Of a stretch of 64,000 nucleotides of DNA, positions 63,901 through 64,000 are shown in pieces. This DNA comes from Mobula hypostoma. Taxonomy: Eukaryota. The position numbers and the translations under genes are program-made. The stretch is taken from NCBI RefSeq assembly GCF_963921235.1, contig NC_086108.1, positions 20,088,001-20,152,000 on the forward strand, given 5' to 3'. Positions within the stretch are counted from its first letter, which is position 1. Each line of letters begins with the position of its first letter. Under the pieces are notes generated by a model. The model worked only from the letters and a program-made list of their open reading frames with translations, did not search any database and was not told the DNA's origin.

Positions 63901-64000
63901 AACACACCTTTAGATACATAGTGCTCTACGATAGCTCTGTGTATCTCCTCTCTCCTCATTGTCGACTTCCCCTTAGCAAGATTCAACCGTTTGGCCACAG
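60946..64000 (-). mobile_element. Gmr1-like Ty3/Gypsy internal region with heavily deleted pol; runs off the window
   Basis: gag-pro ORF, then integrase zinc-binding remnant (LAHKVPLSGHFGVRKT), RT remnants (VNLEKNEFGHTKVTYLG, MVGYCRKF) and RNase H end (HIKGTENVMADC). Confidence 0.88.
62439..63998 (-). CDS. Gypsy Gag (SCAN-like capsid, CCHC knuckle) plus aspartic protease; 5'-incomplete
   Basis: 519-aa open frame; LILIEQFK, CYNCGKVGHFASRC, IWRDTGACQSLI, LLGNDL. Confidence 0.88.
   Translation of the reverse strand: MAKRLNLAKGKSTMRREEIHRAIVEHYVSKGVFPQGELEVVSIEKPAGDAVQVQLEKLRLEHEFRVRQLEHEEKQLERREKERELERQEKKRELERQERERQLEREEKQREREFELEKLKIRAEQGLVPNQGGGFRATQEVRLVPPFDDTDVDRYFLHFEKVATSQDWPRDKWVVLLQSVLKGKAQEAYSALSAEDAQRYEVVKEAILRIYELVPEAYRQRFRNARKQWDRTYLEFAREMQTYCERWCASKGVEGDYDRLLQLILIEQFKGCVPEGMRPYLDEKEAATLAATAKLADEYALTHKMKFAPSKGYQKGRQDGGESPPEKSESKRGTSEKDKVDWEQSGRKSPGIVCYNCGKVGHFASRCFAPKKETGKGKTRVPAGCIEPANQPPGEGRSDKVQEGHERFISAGLVSVKEGLNPVPVRIWRDTGACQSLISRSVLDFSSETETGEVSVIKGIGKGTEAVPLHQIHLQSNLVSGLVTSGVRSELPMKGMEVLLGNDLAGGIVFPAVRLTSQH

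Overview
This is eukaryotic, repeat-dense vertebrate DNA. The repeat spectrum (CR1, Penelope-like, Rex1, Gmr1-type Gypsy, BEL/Pao, Tigger, hAT) suggests a cartilaginous fish, but that is inference. The only host gene is the 3' part of DARS2 (mitochondrial aspartyl-tRNA synthetase) on the + strand: 11 coding exons from 1596 to 46107 with canonical AG/GT sites, whose lengths match human exons 7-16 as recalled. Almost everything else is transposon-derived. Three things stand out. (1) Penelope-like insertions are built as inverted repeats with 13-15 bp target duplications and carry minimal hammerhead ribozymes, down to a non-coding 116-bp hairpin. (2) A solo LTR at 50453-51301 contains a ~270-bp inverted copy of its own 3' end joined to an 18-nt tRNA-Ser-like 3' end with CCA, so it may encode its own primer. 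(3) Two nested retroelements are 5'-truncated almost exactly at the position homologous to their insertion site. No prokaryotic system or CRISPR array is present.
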